A DNA stretch of 64,000 nucleotides from Zygnema circumcarinatum SAG 698-1b (lineage: Eukaryota; Plantae; Zygnematophyceae), in NCBI GenBank assembly GCA_037447605.1, contig CM074817.1:868001-932000 (forward strand), in the 5' to 3' direction. Under the pieces are notes generated by a model that was not told the DNA's origin, made no database searches, and was given only the letters and a program-made list of their open reading frames with translations. Below, piece by piece: positions 57,856 through 64,000 of this stretch; within the stretch, counting starts at the first letter, position 1, and the number at the start of each line of letters is the position of its first letter. A program made the position numbers and the translations under genes.

Positions 57856-58294
57856 CTGGAGAAGCAAACATACAGGGAAAGAAAGAAAAAAAACGAAAGA
57901 GAGCGGGATAGGAAAGCATGCATCTTGTTAGAAAGCCGGAGCGAAGTGGGAGGAAACTGAAGGTCAGGTTCTATGAAGAGATGCAAAAGATTGGAAATAT
58001 ACAATAAGGTACGGGGTGAAGGGTGGCTATGAGATTTGTTATTTTTGTCTGTGAGAAGCAGGACATGAAGGTGGGGGAGGGTGGGAGTGGAAGAGAATAG
58101 GAGATAGGCAGAGATCAGACGGCAAGAGCGAAAACAGAGAGCTTGGGCAAACGAGAGAGGGGATTTACGAGGGATGAGGTGGGACGGAGAGGAGCAAAAA
58201 TGAAGAGAGATATCTCCGAGGGAGGAAGATGTAAGGGGGACAGGTCAAGAAGGGGATGTAAAAAGAAAGCAAGTGAGAGTGTGACGACGAAGGA

Positions 58295-58790
<496 letters not shown>

Positions 58791-61700
58791 TAGAAAGAAT
58801 AGAGAAGATAAAAATCGGGGAGGAGAAATCAACATAGGCAAGAGGGAGAGTGCAGCACTCTCACTACCATTTGAATGAGTATATGGTTTTCGAAAACAGA
58901 GTAATGAGAGAAGAGCATGTGTAGGGAAAGAGGCACTGAAGAGCGAGCAAGAGGGGAAGGGTGAGAGTAAGAGAGACATCTGCGTGAGAGAACACCAGCC
59001 TCCAGTTCACATAGTCCAATAAGCATTCAGAAAAGCAATACAGACATCACTCCAGATATTTTCCTGCTGCAGACCCATAACGCACCCCTTCACAAGTTTC
59101 AAGCACAGCTCCATGCATACATGCGTAAAGATGTGAAAAAAAGAACAATTATGTACGTGATGTATAGAGTCACCGCATCCCCACATGCATCCACACAGTT
59201 GCAATTGCATGCAGAACATTCTTTGCTGATTACATGCTCGGTATGCGCGCGTGCACAGTCCAGATAGGCACACCACACACAAACTCATACATCCATGCAG
59301 ACACATAGACCGAAGCAAGCGCATCCATGCTACATGCATGCATGCATGCATGCATGGATCATGCGTATGTGACTTATGCATCCATCCCTGCTTGCATGCA
59401 TGCATGGCGGAGGGCGCACCCTTGGGCTTGGTCTGCATGGCGCAGAGTGAAAGGAGCGCCGCCGACAGCCTCACGAGCAGGCGCAGGGCCTGCGGGGGCG
59501 GGGGGGTGCGCCGACCGGGTCCAGACCGGTACCGGCACCACCTCAGCAGGCGCCCGCCATGGCCGCACAAGGCGCGCAGAGCAATGCTGCGCTATGGTAC
59601 TCTCTCTCTCTCCTTCTCTCTCTCACTCTTTCACTCTCCCTCTTTCTCTCCTTGCAATGGTGCAAGCTTTTTCCTAGTGAGCTCGCTTTCTTTCTCGCTC
59701 TCGACTCTCGCTGAGTGCGCCTTGCTCTCTCTCCCTCTCTCTCTCTTTGCCACTTTGTCTCTTTCCTGCGAAGTCGCAAGTATCCTGCTCCTCTGTCCTT
59801 GCAGCAGCCCTTGCTGCTTCCCACCTTCCTTTCCTACTCCGCGCAAGGCCTGCTCCAGCTCAGACGCAAGGCCTTTCCTTTTCGCTCTCCCGCGAACAGA
59901 AATTGAAGGAACACGTGCTCACAATATGCACGTGTTCTATGATGCGCTTTGTAGCGTGAAGTCCATTGAATCTGACACAGATAGCGCTTCACGAAACCCT
60001 AACGCTCTCCTTCCTTCAAACAAAAGATCTCGAACACAACAATCATACGTCCTGCAGAATCCTGCAACCCTCTCTCCCTCCCTCCCTCCCTCCCTCCCTC
60101 CTTCCCTCTCCCTGTTCCAAGTTGTCTCTCCGCTCCCCACCACTCCCACACTCTCCCTCTCCCTCTCTTTCCCCCTCTCTCCCTCTCTCCCTCCCGCGGT
60201 CAAAACCGTCCTGCGCGCCGCCCCTACGTCCGTACAGCTACTTTTTTCCCCAATCTCCAACATCCGATCAAAAGCTTTACCCACTGCCCGCTGCCCAAAT
60301 GACCGGGCACCAAAGAAGTGTCCCGCTACCCAAATGTCCGGACAACAAAAACAAATTCACCATCCGCCAACCACATTGCAGAATCACACGCGTGCTGACC
60401 CTCAATGCCTCCCGGTCAGAAAACACATTATTTCTTAAGGAACGCCATAAAAAACGGGCTGCCCGCTCAGGAAAGGTTTGGAGGTTGGCGACTCGCCTGG
60501 CAGGGCGAGGTTTGCCAAGGAGGTTCGTACATACTCCGTACCACTCCATAGTACGTTCGTGTTATCCGTACATATTGTACGGCCAATCCCCGCTCGCAAT
60601 ATTACGGATTCTGAGCTGACTTTCTGCGCATATCCGGGAGCTTCAGGGCCGTCCGTTACCGCCCGCAATTCCCGGATCGCGCCATTCGTGGCGATCGGAC
60701 GGTCTAGGTTTCTTTGGACACAGCTGGCGTCACGACATTGCCATTAATTCCCGCAGGACGCCGAATATCGGCAGGCTGTCTCCTTGCATGCCACGTGTGA
60801 AAGACGACAGAATCCCTCTTGCGATTGCCTACTACAAGACCAAATGAAGGGAAGCAACGAACGTAGAATACGTATTTTACTATTTGGATAATTATCGTAT
60901 CACCATTTGGTGGTCGTTTGCTATGTACGTATAAGGATAAAAATGGAGAAAATTACCGTTGGCCTATGGCCTCTGCTTCGCTGGCACTTCTGCCCATCCG
61001 CCGGCAGCTGGGGAGTCTGCAACAGACAAATTTTCAGTCTGTCCGTACATACACAGTGTACGGTCGTCCCAAAATCGCAATAACTCGAGCAAAAGATACG
61101 ATTTCTCCGCCAATCAGGCCCTTCCGCTAGAGACAAAAGATTCCAATCACGGCGTGCCACGTGTAAAAATTGCCTACGTGGCAGTCCCCCATTGAAGGGT
61201 CTCCCTTAGGTGCCTAGGCCCTCAGCCCCATTTTTCCAAGGGCTTTAATTCGGGTCCAAACAGTGAGCTGCGCGAAACGGATTTTTTCCTTTTGTGTATT
61301 TTCGTACGGACAGTCCTGATTTCGGAAAAACAAGTGGCAGAGAAGACAGTCAAGATACGTCAAGCAAGGTCAAGGGGAGGCATGTTATAGGCCACGTGGC
61401 AAATCAGATGGTGGCAGGTCAGTCTGTTGACGCTGGACCGCCACGTGTCAGAATGAGGGCAGGACTTAACCGTACGGTACCTTGTCTCAAGCTGAACCTA
61501 GCCGGATTTCGTACAGTCCCTGGTACGAATTTCGTACAAGTGGACGTTCTTTCCGCATCCTGAAAGATTTTGAGGGGGATATCGTACGGATAACCGCGCA
61601 GGACAGAAGTAAATTTGGAACCGCTCAGCATTGGCCAGTTGGACGCGAAAGACATTTCAGAACTGTGACCGACAGCCCGTCTGGCTGTCGGCGACTGGAC

Positions 61701-62202
61701 AACTACGCTGTTTCATGCAGGAAAAATGTAATTGATTTGAACGGAACCTGTGTAACTGTGGCTATGTAAACGTATGGGAGGTTTGAAACATGTTGAACAT
61801 GAACCATGTGTGCATGGAAGATAAAGAACGACATATGCAAGTGCACAAAGTCTGAAAATCGCGAACATGCATGGGAGAGGTTCTAATGAAGATATATTAT
61901 ATCGTATAATGTACCATAGGTTGCAGAATGATGAACGAGTTGGCCTTGATAACAAGCCATCACATGTACAGACACATGGACAACAACAACATGGGAAACC
62001 ACGACGAGCCGGTCAGAAAGAAGTATGAGCTATGAGTCTTGGACTTGCTGAGAAATTTCCGCCCTTTTGCCATTCCGTGCAAGTACTGTACGATACAGTT
62101 TCCTTGTTCATTTCGCAACTATACCTTTCACAATCGGCAACTATTGGACAACCATTGAATGGCAATATGGTTGGACGTCCAATGTTTCAAAGCCATTCGA
62201 GT

Positions 62203-62236
62203 GGTTGGCAACCATTGGATCCAATGGTTGCCAACC
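62203..62236. repeat. Perfect 34-bp palindrome
   Basis: ggttggcaaccattgga|tccaatggttgccaacc is self-complementary. Confidence 0.95.
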
Positions 62237-63439
62237 GATTCAACGGTTGGCAATCATTCGAATGGTTGATCTAAATGTATGTTGATTCGAATGGTCCGAC
62301 CTGTGGTACCTTTGACAGGTTTAGGGTTTGAATTCTTGACCTCATTTTTGGCGTCCTGTACTGTTGCAGTCAAGCAGATCCTTTGAAAATCACGGCTTCA
62401 GATTCGTTTCTTTAAAATATCGGCTCCCAAATCGCACCAATCGCGTTGCAATTTTAGGATAGCGTATCACAATTTAGCGCTGTATGCGCAGGATGGACCA
62501 AAACACAGATTCCTTTTGGATTGTGATTGAGATTCTTACAAGATCAAGTGATGTCTGATTCTGATTTCCCATCCGTTGCCATCAGTCGAAAACTACTGAG
62601 TTTGTACTTTGTCGTACAAACTCGGGTTCACCATGTTGTGAAAGGCCGATCTGAGCCGTTCGATGCAATCCCTCCCAACGGCTGTCGCAACATGGGACGA
62701 CATCACAACACCGTTGATTCCAATTCCTTAGGCGCTTTTGTATGCGACTCTTCAAATCTGTACGGACCGCGTACTTTGCCTTCTTCCAAATGTTGATCAG
62801 GTTTGGCGCGAGTCTAACCTTGAACATGTCTCCACAACACAATGTTCATAAGCCAAATGAGAGTCAATGCCTCTGCAATGGCTATTTATGGACGATGATG
62901 ATGAGACCTATTGACATTGTGTAGTTATTTAATCTATTATGGCATGGCGTGTGTGCCTGGTTTGTAACGGGTTTTTTCTCATTTTGAAGAGTATCCGCTT
63001 GGCTTTTGACATTATGAAGCTAAATGCTCATGTGAGATGTTCCCCTTATCCTGCAAAGGAAAGCCGTCTTCCGTCCGCAGAACTTATACTAGAGCATCTT
63101 CCAATGGTCATCCGCCACGTATGCTAAATTGTACACGTGGCAAAGCGCCATTGCCAGGTGCTTGACCATAGTTCACAACGGAAAAATGGCCCTGTCATTG
63201 TCGTCACAAAGCCCTACCTGCGAGAAAGACCAATTTGCCTCCGAATCGTACCGATACGATACAGTACGATATCCGACTTATTATTTCGATACATTTCCAC
63301 ACGATACGGTACGGTAGTCGTAAGTACGTACAGTACAGTACAGTCAGCAGTCCTCATATTTTCCACCCTGTACAGTGCGTCCCCAAGAAATTCGCCCCGA
63401 TTTTGCCGAAACCACCTTTTTGTACGGTAACTCTGTGTT

Positions 63440-63690
63440 AGCCGTACTATTCGTACTATCCGTACCCCTAAACCCTAAAAAACCGTACTAGCCGTACTAG
63501 CCGTACTAGCCGTACTTGCTGTACTAGCCGGTACGGGATTCAGCAAAACTCACCGAATCTTCCCGCACGTGCCGCCGTAAGAGGCGCTCGCTCGTCTTTC
63601 CTCCTTGTCGGCTCCGATACGACACGATACGATACGATACTTAACGACACGGTACGATATGGTACGGTACGATACGTACGGTCCAACGTG
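63440..63690. repeat. Short GTAC/GATAC-based tandem arrays ((TAGCCGTAC)n and (GATAC)n-like)
   Basis: ccgtactagccgtactagccgtactagccgtac at about 63483-63515; gatacgacacgatacgatacgatac at about 63616-63640. Confidence 0.8.
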
Positions 63691-64000
63691 AACTCTAACA
63701 TGAACTCTAACAATACCGCCCGTCTATTGGTAACACGAACCTTCTATTTGCAAAAATCAATATTTTCGCCTCATATTTGCCAAAACCATGGCGAAAATAT
63801 GAGGACTGTTGTAGCGTAGTGGAGCTGCGCTCGACGGATCCGCGTCAGTTCAGTTGTACTTGATATATGCCTCCTCAGAATCACGGATCGGCAGAATCCA
63901 GGAGCTGCCAACGGAGGATGTGAGAAGGCAGTGCCATGTGTTGGCGGCCCACGGAACAGCACATCATCCAGCAAGGCGCACTCGGAGCGCCGCAATTTGC

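Noticed and set aside
59251-60438. 395-aa plus-strand ORF and overlapping minus ORFs
   Set aside because: Patchwork of (CATG)n, GC-rich and CT-rich segments with no recognisable domain. The region may hold the RopGAP 5' exons, but I could not build a supported model.

Overview
Gene-dense nuclear DNA from a streptophyte (land plant or charophyte alga; the species cannot be named from sequence alone). It is a draft assembly with six 10-N gaps and one 100-N gap, and introns and spacers are heavily loaded with GA/CT microsatellites and telomere-like tracts. Most long low-complexity ORFs in the supplied track are artefacts of those repeats. I traced spliced genes by eye from splice sites, phase consistency and remembered family motifs; no database search was run. 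Genes: a complete GT14/GlcAT14-type glycosyltransferase (+), a tandem thioredoxin/GST-N protein (-), a choline/ethanolamine phosphotransferase AAPT (+), eIF1/SUI1 (-), and a CRIB-RhoGAP (RopGAP) with a very long acidic repeat tail (-). The standout is a ~10.4 kb multi-exon gene (-) encoding the RIH, RIH-associated, six-TM pore and C-terminal zinc-finger parts of an IP3-receptor/ryanodine-receptor-type Ca2+ channel. That family is regarded as missing from mosses and flowering plants. Its 5' end runs into the 100-N gap. Also present: a disrupted EGF-like/proline-rich gene, two orphan ORFs, a decayed Harbinger-like relic, and a ~1.2 kb duplication that is probably an assembly artefact.
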